In this document: positions 1 to 8,502 of the stretch, in pieces
How the letters are laid out: the number at the start of each line of letters is the position of its first letter
Position numbering within the stretch: the stretch's first letter is position 1
Origin: Vicinamibacterales bacterium
GTDB taxonomy: Bacteria > Acidobacteriota > Vicinamibacteria > Vicinamibacterales > JAENWD01
Assembly (NCBI GenBank): GCA_036381155.1
Contig: DASVDJ010000035.1
Span: forward strand, 137,755-201,754
Reading direction: 5' to 3'
DNA length: 64,000 nt
Notes under the pieces: generated by a model
What the model was told of the DNA's origin: nothing
Seen by the model: only the letters and a program-made list of their open reading frames with translations
Database searches by the model: none
Position numbers and translations under genes: made by a program

Positions 1-208
1 GATTGCCATGTGTGCGGATTCCTCCGGGCCGATCGCCGCTCGCACGTCCTGCGCGGCGCTGCCGGCCCGCGGCCCGCGGAGCAAGAAGCTTGCCCTGCCT
101 CACGCGCAGGCCGAAGACGCCGATTGTGCGTATTGGCGGCGATTTGCCGCCGTGCGTGTGCGTCGGAAGGCCGACAACAGCGTCGAGTGCACGGCGGCGC
201 GCGACCGA

Positions 209-763
209 TCACGCCGATCGGCTGCGCGAGGGGTCTGCAATGCCGCGCAGGAGCTGCTCGATGCGTGCAAGCCTGAGATCGATCGCCGCGAGCCGTTCGG
301 CCAGCAGCGGTGCTCCGGCAGCCGGCCCATGGCCTTCGATCTGTCGGGCGAGCTGTCGGTTTTCCGCCTCCAGGGCCTGGCGCTCCGCCGCGCGTTGCAC
401 GATCACGTCCAGCTGTCCGAGTGAGAACGGCTTGGTGAGATAGTCGTAGGCGCCGAGCCGCACCGCCTGCACGGCCGACTCGATCGACGCGTAGCCGGTG
501 ATGATGATCACCATCGCAGCCGGATTGAGGGTCCGCGCCGTGCGCAGAACGCCAAGCCCATCCGTTCCCGGCAATTGCAGGTCGCTGATGATTAGACTGT
601 ACGTAGACGCGCGGCGCTCGAGCTCGCTGACCGCCTCGGCGCCGCTCGCGATCGCCGTGACCTCATGTCCGCGTTCGCGGAAGTACTCCACCAGCAGCTC
701 GCGGACCGGCGGATCGTCGTCGACGACGAGCACATGAAGGAGTCGGGAACTCGGCTGTGGCAT
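209..763 (-). CDS. Stand-alone response regulator (REC domain plus C-terminal coiled-coil-like tail)
   Basis: Lies inside track ORF 209..1111(-). I trimmed it to the ATG at 763 (MPQPSSRLLHVLVVDDD...). REC hallmarks are present: VLVVDDD acidic pocket, IISDLQLPGTDG phospho-acceptor region, YLTKPF. The last ~60 aa look heptad-like (EAENRQLARQIE...). The upstream part of the track ORF is Arg/Ser-rich and looks non-coding. Confidence 0.85.
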   Translation of the reverse strand: MPQPSSRLLHVLVVDDDPPVRELLVEYFRERGHEVTAIASGAEAVSELERRASTYSLIISDLQLPGTDGLGVLRTARTLNPAAMVIIITGYASIESAVQAVRLGAYDYLTKPFSLGQLDVIVQRAAERQALEAENRQLARQIEGHGPAAGAPLLAERLAAIDLRLARIEQLLRGIADPSRSRSA

Positions 764-865
764 GGCGATTGCTCGACACCGGTCCATTCGGCCGGATACG
801 GCAGGAATCGGCCCGGAGCGGCAGCGACTTGAAGTCCAGGCACGCGCGCACGGGCGCGCCCGGTT

Positions 866-895
866 TTGTGCGCTCGAGGGACCACTCGCTATAAT
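866..895 (+). promoter_or_regulatory. Sigma-70-like promoter candidate for the NtrC-type regulator gene
   Basis: Perfect TATAAT at 890..895, preceded by TTGTGC at 866..871 (18-nt spacer), in the divergent intergenic region 764..971. AGGA lies 5 nt upstream of the ATG at 972. Confidence 0.45.
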
Positions 896-971
896 GACGC
901 GCAATCCCGTAACGCACTGATTTCCGGACGCCTGCGCGTCGTGTGCGCGCCGGCGTCCCTTCAGGATTCGA

Positions 972-2381
972 ATGTCTGGTCGGCCACAGCCGTGTGTCCT
1001 GCTCGTCGATGACGACGACGATCTCCGCGAGGTCATCGCCGAGCACCTGACCCGAGAGGGTTTCGTCGTCGCCCAGGCGCCCACGGGCGCCGATGCGCTG
1101 GATCGCCTCAAGGGCTTCGCCTACGACGGCCTCGTCATCGATCTCAAGCTCCCCGATGCCGACGGCCTCGACATCCTCGACGCCGCCATGACCCGGTATC
1201 CCGAGGTCGTCGCCGTCGTCATGACCGGCTTCGGCGGGGTCGAGGAGGCGGTGTCGGCCATCAAGCGCGGCGCCATCGACTTCTTCATCAAGCCCGTGCA
1301 GCTCGCCCAGCTCTCCCGGGTCCTGGCCGCGGCGATCAACGAGCCGCGCCTCCGGCAGGAGAACGCCGAGCTGCGCGCCCAGCTGCGCGACCGGTACCGG
1401 TTCGACAACGTCATCGGGCAGAGCGCCGCGATGCAGCAGGTGTTCCAGAGCCTCGAGCTCGTCGCGCCGATGAACAGCACCGTCCTGATCCAGGGCGAGA
1501 CCGGCACCGGCAAGGAGCTGATCGCGCGGACGATTCACCACAACAGCCCGCGGGCGGATCAGCGGTTCGTCGCGTTCAACGCCGCGGCGATTCCCGAGCC
1601 GCTGGCCGAGGCGGAGCTGTTCGGCCATGCGAAGGGGGCGTTCACCGGCGCGATCAGCAGCCGCGTCGGGCGCTTCGAGCTGGCCCACCGCGGCACCCTG
1701 TTCATCGACGAAGTGGCGCTCATGAGCCTGCCGCTGCAGGCGAAGCTGCTCCGCGCGCTGCAGGAGCGGGAAATCGAGCGCGTCGGCGAGTCGCGTCCGA
1801 TCAAGTTCGACGCCCGCGTCATCGCGGCGACGAACATGGACCTGAAGAAGATGGTGAAGGAGGGAACCTTCCGCGAGGACCTCTATTACCGTCTCAACGT
1901 GATTCCGATCACGCTGCCGCCACTGCGGGAGCGCCGCGAGGACATCCCGCTCATCGCCCGGCACTTCGTCGCGAAGTCGTGCAGGTCGAACAACCTGCCG
2001 CTCAAGACCCTCACGCAGGAGGCGGTGCGCGCGCTGATGGGCTATCACTGGCCGGGCAACATCCGGCAGCTGGAGAACGCCATCGAGCACGCCGTGGCGA
2101 TGAGCGGTCAGGAACGGGAGATTCCGGCCTCTGCCCTGCCGGCCGACATCACCGAGTCCAGCGGCTCGCTCCTGCTGCCGACCGTGGCCATCCCCGACGA
2201 GGGGATCAACTTCTCGTCCGTGGTGTCGCAGCTCGAGCGCGAGCTGATCACCCGGTGCCTCGAGAAGACGGGCGGGAACAAGCGTCAGGCCGCCCGGCTC
2301 CTGCAACTGAGCCGGACGACGCTGATCGACAAGCTGCACCGGCTGAACATCGCGACGTCGCCGGAGCCGGTCGCGAACTGA
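972..2381 (+). CDS. Sigma-54-dependent response regulator (NtrC family: REC + AAA+ + Fis-type HTH)
   Basis: 469 aa. REC domain (VLLVDDDDDL, VIDLKLPDADG). AAA+ Walker A GETGTGKE. Sigma-54 contact loop GAFTGA. ESELFGH-like EAELFGH. C-terminal HTH (NKRQAARLLQLSRTTLIDKL). Confidence 0.95.
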   Translation: MSGRPQPCVLLVDDDDDLREVIAEHLTREGFVVAQAPTGADALDRLKGFAYDGLVIDLKLPDADGLDILDAAMTRYPEVVAVVMTGFGGVEEAVSAIKRGAIDFFIKPVQLAQLSRVLAAAINEPRLRQENAELRAQLRDRYRFDNVIGQSAAMQQVFQSLELVAPMNSTVLIQGETGTGKELIARTIHHNSPRADQRFVAFNAAAIPEPLAEAELFGHAKGAFTGAISSRVGRFELAHRGTLFIDEVALMSLPLQAKLLRALQEREIERVGESRPIKFDARVIAATNMDLKKMVKEGTFREDLYYRLNVIPITLPPLRERREDIPLIARHFVAKSCRSNNLPLKTLTQEAVRALMGYHWPGNIRQLENAIEHAVAMSGQEREIPASALPADITESSGSLLLPTVAIPDEGINFSSVVSQLERELITRCLEKTGGNKRQAARLLQLSRTTLIDKLHRLNIATSPEPVAN

Positions 2382-2388
2382 CGCGCGA

Positions 2389-3111
2389 CTACGGCTGCAG
2401 CGCCGGCAGGTCGACGACGAACGTCGTCATGCCCTGCCGGGCGTCGGCGAGCGTCACGTCCCCGCCGTACTCCGCGGCCAGCTGCCGCGCGACGGTCAGA
2501 CCCAGGCCGAGTGCCCGCTCGGGATCCCGCGTGGTGAAGAACGGCTCGAAGATGCGGTCGGCGACGGCGGCGGGGACGCCGGGCCCCGTGTCCGAGACGA
2601 TGATCTGGGCCCGGTCGCGATCGCCGGCGCACTGCAGATGCAGCTCGCGGGTCCCCGCATCCGTGAGCGCCTCTTCCGCATTCAGGATCAGATTCAGCAC
2701 GATCTGCACGAGATCGCCCGGGCGTGCCTCGACCTTGCGCTGACCGCGCGGCGCGTCGACGTGCACGGTGATGCCGGCCCGGCCCAGATGGTAGCGGCGC
2801 AGCGCGACGGCGGTCTCGATGGCCGTCGCCGGGTCGACCGCCGTCCGTGACGGCGCGGCCTCGCGCGTGTACCCCAGCACGTCGCGGATCGCCGCGCCGG
2901 CCCGGTCCGCCTGGCCGCCGATCTTCTGCAGCCGCAGCACGACGTCGGCGGGCAGGTCCGGGCGGTCGCTCAGCAGCTCGACGAGGCCGCTCATCACCTG
3001 CAGCGAGTTGTTGAGCTCGTGCGCCAGGCCGCCGACGAGCCTGGCGATCGTCGCCATCCGGTTGATCTGACGCCACCGGTCCGCCCCGGGATCGGGGACC
3101 GCTTCTGCCAT
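2389..3111 (-). CDS. Soluble histidine kinase with no recognisable input domain (HisKA + HATPase_c only)
   Basis: 240 aa. H-box LAHELNNSLQV begins ~25 aa from the N-terminus. N-box LNLILNAEEAL, G1 DTGPGV, G2 GLGLTVARQLA. No hydrophobic segments. Convergent with the EBP gene (7-nt gap). Confidence 0.9.
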   Translation of the reverse strand: MAEAVPDPGADRWRQINRMATIARLVGGLAHELNNSLQVMSGLVELLSDRPDLPADVVLRLQKIGGQADRAGAAIRDVLGYTREAAPSRTAVDPATAIETAVALRRYHLGRAGITVHVDAPRGQRKVEARPGDLVQIVLNLILNAEEALTDAGTRELHLQCAGDRDRAQIIVSDTGPGVPAAVADRIFEPFFTTRDPERALGLGLTVARQLAAEYGGDVTLADARQGMTTFVVDLPALQP

Positions 3112-3198
3112 TCAAGTCACCGCGCGCGCTGTCGATTACCCGGCCACAGCGGGACCGGACGCCCGCACGCGTCCGGCCGCCCGGTGGACGGAGTGCTC

Positions 3199-3564
3199 AT
3201 GCGCTTTCTCGTGGTCGACGACTCCTCGACGATGCGGCGGATCATCGTCAACACGCTGGGCAAGCTCGGATACAGCCACGTTGTCGAAGCCGCCAACGGC
3301 CGCGAGGGGCTCGACCGGCTGGCGACGGCCGACGTCGACGTCATCATCACCGACTGGAACATGCCGGAGATGAACGGCATCGAGTTCATCCGGCAGGTGC
3401 GGACGCTCGAGAAGACCCGGGAGACGCCGATCCTGATGGTGACGACGAACGCCGCCAAGGCCGATATTGTCGAGGCCCTCCGCGCCGGCGTCAACAGCTA
3501 CATCGTCAAGCCGTTCACCCCCGATACGTTCCGGGAGAAGATCCAGGCCGTCACGGCGCGCTAG
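3199..3564 (+). CDS. Single-domain CheY-like response regulator
   Basis: Trimmed from track ORF 3019..3564 to the ATG at 3199 (MRFLVVDDSSTMRR...). Motifs: DVIITDWNMPEMNG, ILMVTT, YIVKPF. 121 aa. Confidence 0.9.
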   Translation: MRFLVVDDSSTMRRIIVNTLGKLGYSHVVEAANGREGLDRLATADVDVIITDWNMPEMNGIEFIRQVRTLEKTRETPILMVTTNAAKADIVEALRAGVNSYIVKPFTPDTFREKIQAVTAR

Positions 3565-3594
3565 CGCCGCAGCCTGCCGCGACTGGAGTGCCCC

Positions 3595-4065
3595 GTGCCC
3601 GTGAGGACCGAGCTGATCGAGCAGCTGGTGCGAGCCACCGAAGAGGTCTTCGAGACCATGGTCTTCCGCACGCTGACGACCGGCGCCCCGATCGACGGCG
3701 ACGCGCTCCGCCCGCGCTCCAACGTGGTCGGACTCGTCGGCTTCGGCGGCACGGTCTCCGGGCTCGTGGCGCTGTACAGCACGCAGGAAGCGGCCGAGGA
3801 GATCGCCGCGTCGATGCTCGGCGTCCCGCGCGAGGAGGTCAACGGCGAGATGCCCGACGCGATCGGCGAGGTGACGAACATGATCGCCGGCAGCTTCCGG
3901 CTGAAGCTGGCCGAGCGCGGGGAGACACTCGCGATCTCGATTCCGTGGGTGACCGTCGGCTCCGACTTCTACACGAAGTACTCGTCCGACGTGCAGCGCA
4001 GCATGTGCCCGTTCCGCATGGGCGACAGCGAGATCTGCGTCGAGCTGATCCTGACCCGCAACTGA
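3595..4065 (+). CDS. CheX/CheC-family CheY-P phosphatase-like protein
   Basis: 156 aa, GTG start. Contains the CheC/CheX/FliY signature D-x3-E-x2-N (DAIGEVTNMIAG). Size and position immediately after the CheY-like gene fit CheX. Confidence 0.75.
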   Translation: MPVRTELIEQLVRATEEVFETMVFRTLTTGAPIDGDALRPRSNVVGLVGFGGTVSGLVALYSTQEAAEEIAASMLGVPREEVNGEMPDAIGEVTNMIAGSFRLKLAERGETLAISIPWVTVGSDFYTKYSSDVQRSMCPFRMGDSEICVELILTRN

Positions 4066-4071
4066 CGTTCG

Positions 4072-4935
4072 ATGGGAGATGCCGTGAACGCCACGCACAC
4101 CACGCCCGCAAGCCCGGCCGCGGCCCTGCGCGCGCGGCTCGACAGCCCGGATGTCACGATCCCGATGCTGCCGGACTTCGCGCACCGCGTGATCGACATG
4201 GTCAGCAACGAGGACGTGTCGGTCGGACAGCTCGCGGCCGTGGTCTCGAAGGACCAGGTGCTGGCCTCCCGCCTGCTCGGTCTCGCCAACTCCGCGTACT
4301 TCGCCGCGATGACCGAGGTGTCGACGGTGCAGGAAGCCATCATGCGGATGGGCACGGCCGCCGTCCGCAACCTCGTCGTCACGGTCTGCTTCTACTCGCG
4401 CACGCAGGACCGCGCCGTCTACGGCGAGCGCGGCAAGCCGCTGCTCGAGCACGGCCTCGGCACGGCCTATATGGCCAGGCTCGTCGCCGACGCGGTGGAC
4501 TGCGACCAGGAAGAGGCGTTCATGTACGGGCTGCTGCACGACATCGGCAAGCTCGTGATCCTGAAGGCCGCCTTCGACGTCCGCAAGCAGCTCAACGCGC
4601 CGGTACCCGCCGACGACCTCGAGGAGATCCTGCGCGAGCGTCACGCCGCAATCGGCGCGACCGTGCTCCGCCGGTGGCGGCTGCCCAGCATGCTGGACGA
4701 GCCGATCGTGTTTCACCACGACTGGACGCAGGCGCAGCACGACCCCCGCAAGGCGGCCATCACGTATCTGGCCAACCGGTTGAGCCATCGCTACGGCTTC
4801 GGCTGCGAGCCCGAGGCCGCGGATCTGCTGGAGGACCCGGTGCTCGGCGTCCTCGGGCTCGACGCCGACTGGCTCGCCGCGACGGACAGCCGCGCACCCG
4901 GCCTCTTCGAGGTCGCGCGCAAGATTCTCGGCTGA
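4072..4935 (+). CDS. HDOD domain signalling protein
   Basis: 287 aa. N-terminal MLPDFAHRVIDMVSNEDVSVGQLAAVVSKDQVLASRLLGLANSAYF is a typical HDOD opening. GLLHDIGKLVIL is retained. Starts 6 nt after the CheX-like gene. Confidence 0.85.
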   Translation: MGDAVNATHTTPASPAAALRARLDSPDVTIPMLPDFAHRVIDMVSNEDVSVGQLAAVVSKDQVLASRLLGLANSAYFAAMTEVSTVQEAIMRMGTAAVRNLVVTVCFYSRTQDRAVYGERGKPLLEHGLGTAYMARLVADAVDCDQEEAFMYGLLHDIGKLVILKAAFDVRKQLNAPVPADDLEEILRERHAAIGATVLRRWRLPSMLDEPIVFHHDWTQAQHDPRKAAITYLANRLSHRYGFGCEPEAADLLEDPVLGVLGLDADWLAATDSRAPGLFEVARKILG

Positions 4936-4950
4936 CGCGTCCGCGCGCGC

Positions 4951-6402
4951 TCAGCTCTCGACGCGCAGCGTCACGAAGATCAGTTCGCCCTCACGCTCGA
5001 CGTGCAGGACCACGGCGGCGCCCCGGGCGAGCGCCGCCATCGCCTCCTGCAGCGCCTCGAGCGACGGCACCGGCCCGCCGTTGAGCGCGTAGATCACGTC
5101 GCCGACCTGCAGCCGATCGTCGCTGCCCGGCACGACGTCGCCGCTCGCACCGGCGACGACGACGCCCGCCTGGACGCGAGACACGCCAATCAGCCGCGAG
5201 AGCGCCGCGTCCAGCGTCAGGCCGAGGATCCCGAGCCGCGGCACGACATGGCGCCGCGGATCGGTGAGCGCCGTCAGCCGCGCCGAATCGTCGTCTCGCT
5301 CCGAGACCGGCACCGTCACGCTGAACGGCACCCCGCCGCGCTCGCCGTCGATCCGGACGGTCTCCCCTGCGCGGCTGTACAGGTTCACCTGCAGCTGCCG
5401 GCCGTTCTCCATCGGCTTGCCGTCCAGCCGCACGATGACGTCGCCCACCCGCAATCCCGCGCGCGCGGCAGAACTGTCGGGCAGGACGTCGCTCAGGATC
5501 ACCCCGGCCGTGCGCGAGAGCCCGAGCCCGGCGGCCAGCAGCGGCGTGATCGTCTGCGCGCGAATGCCGATCGCGCCGCGCCGGACGCGCCCGTACGCGC
5601 GGATCTGCTCGAACACGCGCCGCACGATGTTGCTCGGGGCGGCGAAGCCGAGCCCCTCGCTGCCGCCCGACTGCGACAGGATCAGGGTGTTGATGCCGAC
5701 GATCTCCCCGTCGACGTTCACCAGCGGCCCGCCGCTGCTCCCCGGATTGATGGGCGCGTCCGTCTGCAGGTAGATCATCGGGTCCTCGGGCTCGAGCTGC
5801 CGTGCGACGGCGCTCACCACGCCGAGCGTCACGGTGCTGTTCAGGCCGAGGGGGCTGCCGAACGCCAGCACGAGCTGCCCCGGCCGCACCAGGTCCGAGT
5901 CGCCGAAGGGCAGCGCCTGCAGGCCCGCCTCCGCGACCTTCAGGACCGCGAGGTCGGTCTCCTCGTCGAGCGCGACGAGCTGCGCGCCCACGAGCCGCGG
6001 GCGCGGTCCCAGCACGGATCCCCCCGGCGGGTCCACCGCCGGGAGCTCCACCTGGATGCGGTGCGCGCCCTGCACGACGTGCGCGTTCGTGACGATGTAG
6101 CCGTCCGGATCCACGATCACGCCGGATCCCGACCCGCGGGAGGGGGCGACGAGCAGGCCTCGCTCGGCATCCACCAGGTCGCTGCTCGCGTAGCCGAGCG
6201 TGATGATCTCAACGACCGACTGGCTGACCCGCTCGGCGAGCGCCTGGAGCTGCCGGCTCGAGGCGCGCAGGTCGGGCGTGAGCGCCGCGGCACGGGCGGC
6301 GGGCTGCGCGTGCGCCGGGGCGGCGGCGATCGCCGCGAGCACGCACGCCGGACCGAGGAAGCGGCGCGAAGCGACTAGAATGCTGGAATGCACGCGTGGC
6401 AT
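4951..6402 (-). CDS. Periplasmic serine protease HtrA/DegP/DegQ family (trypsin-like domain + 2 PDZ)
   Basis: The C-terminal 483 aa of track ORF 4951..6825 are convincing. Signal peptide (RRFLGPACVLAAIAAAPAHAQ). Catalytic triad context TNAHVV, DLAVLKV, GSSGGPLV. Two PDZ-like segments. Start is either ATG 6402 or GTG 6393, and both overlap the divergent ppa start. Confidence 0.9.
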   Translation of the reverse strand: MPRVHSSILVASRRFLGPACVLAAIAAAPAHAQPAARAAALTPDLRASSRQLQALAERVSQSVVEIITLGYASSDLVDAERGLLVAPSRGSGSGVIVDPDGYIVTNAHVVQGAHRIQVELPAVDPPGGSVLGPRPRLVGAQLVALDEETDLAVLKVAEAGLQALPFGDSDLVRPGQLVLAFGSPLGLNSTVTLGVVSAVARQLEPEDPMIYLQTDAPINPGSSGGPLVNVDGEIVGINTLILSQSGGSEGLGFAAPSNIVRRVFEQIRAYGRVRRGAIGIRAQTITPLLAAGLGLSRTAGVILSDVLPDSSAARAGLRVGDVIVRLDGKPMENGRQLQVNLYSRAGETVRIDGERGGVPFSVTVPVSERDDDSARLTALTDPRRHVVPRLGILGLTLDAALSRLIGVSRVQAGVVVAGASGDVVPGSDDRLQVGDVIYALNGGPVPSLEALQEAMAALARGAAVVLHVEREGELIFVTLRVES

Positions 6403-6936
6403 GACATCTACGTGGATGACCACCTGATTGCGACGGCCTTCCCGGTGGTCATCGAAGTCCCGATGGGGAGCAAGAACAAGTACGAGCTGGACAAGGAGAC
6501 GGGGTTGCTGCGACTCGACCGCGTACTCTACAGCGCGGTGCACTATCCCGCCAACTACGGGTTCATCCCCCGCACGTTCTGCGAGGACGGCGACCCGCTG
6601 GATGCCCTCGTGCTCGGCCAGGAGCCGGTGACGCCGCTCACGATGATGGAGGCCCGCGCCATCGGCGTGATGCGGATGCGCGACGAGAAGGGGCTCGACG
6701 ACAAGATCATCGCGGTCAGCACGCGGGACCCGGCTTTCGCCGACTACACCGACCACGCGCAGCTGCCGGCCTACATCCTCCGCGAGATCCGGCGCTTCTT
6801 CCAGGACTACAAGGTGCTCGAGCACAAGCAGGTCGTGGTCGAGGACTTCATGGGTCCCGCCGACGCGATCCGGATCGTCCAGGACGCGCTGGACATGTAC
6901 CGCAAGCTGCGGCGCGGCGAGCTCGGCAAGATCTGA
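6388..6936 (+). CDS. ppa: Inorganic pyrophosphatase (family I)
   Basis: 182 aa. Motifs: EVPMGSKNKYELD, YPANYGFIP, DGDPLDALVL, DDKIIAV. Confidence 0.95.
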   Translation: MHAWHDIYVDDHLIATAFPVVIEVPMGSKNKYELDKETGLLRLDRVLYSAVHYPANYGFIPRTFCEDGDPLDALVLGQEPVTPLTMMEARAIGVMRMRDEKGLDDKIIAVSTRDPAFADYTDHAQLPAYILREIRRFFQDYKVLEHKQVVVEDFMGPADAIRIVQDALDMYRKLRRGELGKI

Positions 6937-6965
6937 AGCCGCCCGCTCCGCTCCCCACAGGCGCC

Positions 6966-8342
6966 ATGCCGTTCAGGACCATCATCGAGCCGTTCCGGAT
7001 CAAGTCGGTGGAGGCGCTGCGGTTCACCGACGAAGCGGAGCGGCGCCGCGCGCTCGAGGCGGCCGGCTGGAACGTGTTCCTGCTGCACGCCGATGACGTG
7101 CTCATCGACCTGCTGACGGATTCGGGGACGGGCGCGATGTCCGCGGCGCAGTGGGGCGCGCTGATGCAGGGGGACGAGTCGTATGCGGGCAGCCCGTCCT
7201 TCTACCGGTTCCAGGAGGTCGTCCGGGACCTGACCGGGTTCCGGCACGTCATCCCGACGCACCAGGGACGCGCCGCCGAGCGCATCCTGTTCCACTCCGT
7301 CCTGCACCCCGGCGACCTCGTCCCGAACAACAACCACTTCGACACGACGCGCGCGAACGTCGAGGTCGAAGGCGCCGAGGCTCGGGATCTCGTGATCCCG
7401 GAAGGGCGCATGCCCGGCCTGATCCATCCGTTCAAGGGGAACATGGACCTGGCCGCGCTCGAGCGTACGCTCGCCGAGGAGGGAGACCGGGTGCCGCTGG
7501 TGATGGTCACCGTCACCAACAACTCCGGCGGCGGCCAGCCGGTCTCCCTCGAGAACCTCCGCGGCGTGCGTGCCCTCTGCGATCGGTACGGCAAGCCGCT
7601 GTTCCTGGATGCGTGCCGCTTCGCCGAGAACGCCTGGTTCATCCGGCAGCGCGAGCCGGGGTACGCATCGAAGACGCCGAAGGCGATCGCGCAGGAAATG
7701 TTCCGGCTCGCCGACGGCTGCACGATGTCGGCCAAGAAGGACGGCCTGGCCAACATCGGCGGCTTCCTGGCCCTGAACGACGACGCGTGGTTCGAGAAGG
7801 CACGGACGCTGCTGATCCTGACGGAGGGCTTCCCGACCTATGGCGGCCTGGCGGGGTACGATCTGGAGGCGATCGCGCGCGGTCTGCAGGAGGTCGTGGA
7901 GATTCCCTACCTGCGCTACCGCGTCCGGTCGGCCGAATACCTGGCGGACAAGCTGCTGGCGGCGGGCGTCCCGATTCTCCAGCCCGCCGGCGGGCACGCC
8001 ATCTACATCGACGCGCGGGCGCTGCTGCCCCACATCCCGCCGCTCGCGTACCCGGGCATCGCGCTCGTCAACGCGCTCTATCTGACGGGCGGAGTGCGGG
8101 GCGTCGAGATCGGCACGGTGATGTTCGGCCTGCGGCCCGACGGGACCGAGGCGCCGGCCCCGATGGACCTGGTCCGCCTCGCGCTGCCCCGGCGCGTGTA
8201 CACGCAGTCCCACATCGACTATGTCGCGGAAGTCGTCGCCGCGGTTGCCGGGCGCCGCCAGGACCTGCGTGGCTACCGGATCGTCGAGGGGCCCCGGGTC
8301 CTGCGGCACTTCACCGCGCGGTTCGAGCCGCTGCCGGCGTGA
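6966..8342 (+). CDS. Tryptophanase / tyrosine phenol-lyase family PLP-dependent beta-eliminating lyase
   Basis: 458 aa. Motifs: EPFRIKSVE, IDLLTDSGTGAMS, PTHQGRAAE, PLP-lysine context MSAKKDGLANIGGF, EGFPTYGGLAG, LRHFTARFEP. I cannot separate tryptophanase from tyrosine phenol-lyase by eye. Confidence 0.9.
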   Translation: MPFRTIIEPFRIKSVEALRFTDEAERRRALEAAGWNVFLLHADDVLIDLLTDSGTGAMSAAQWGALMQGDESYAGSPSFYRFQEVVRDLTGFRHVIPTHQGRAAERILFHSVLHPGDLVPNNNHFDTTRANVEVEGAEARDLVIPEGRMPGLIHPFKGNMDLAALERTLAEEGDRVPLVMVTVTNNSGGGQPVSLENLRGVRALCDRYGKPLFLDACRFAENAWFIRQREPGYASKTPKAIAQEMFRLADGCTMSAKKDGLANIGGFLALNDDAWFEKARTLLILTEGFPTYGGLAGYDLEAIARGLQEVVEIPYLRYRVRSAEYLADKLLAAGVPILQPAGGHAIYIDARALLPHIPPLAYPGIALVNALYLTGGVRGVEIGTVMFGLRPDGTEAPAPMDLVRLALPRRVYTQSHIDYVAEVVAAVAGRRQDLRGYRIVEGPRVLRHFTARFEPLPA

Positions 8343-8502
8343 CGGCGGGCGTGTGGTCCGGGCGGGCCGTCGGGTGGACACTGGGTGGAGCTGTCCGGAA
8401 ATGGGACGGGCGATCCCAGCCTCAGACAGCTGGACGCCGGATCGGGACCGGCCGGCGGGCGTAAGCGACTTCCCCGCTGCGACTTACGTCTTCACACAGG
8501 TG

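Noticed and set aside
1-208. Possible gene fragment at the left edge of the window.
   Set aside because: I translated both strands by eye. Only low-complexity Arg/Ala-rich frames appear, with no motif and no credible start or stop context, so I make no call.
663-2339. A 558-aa ORF on the minus strand. Similar giant ORFs include 3136..4788(-), 5002..6378(+), 6807..8381(-), 8603..9868(-), 23142..25616(+), 26178..28175(+), 38081..39646(-) and 51459..54125(-).
   Set aside because: Each lies antisense to, or out of frame with, a gene that has clear family motifs. Their translations are dominated by Arg/Pro/Gly/Ala/Asp with no recognisable domain, which is the usual stop-codon-poor shadow ORF of ~70% GC DNA.
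6937-6965. A TnaC-like leader peptide or attenuator upstream of the tryptophanase-family gene.
   Set aside because: Only 29 nt separate the ppa stop and the lyase ATG, so there is no room for a leader ORF or terminator.
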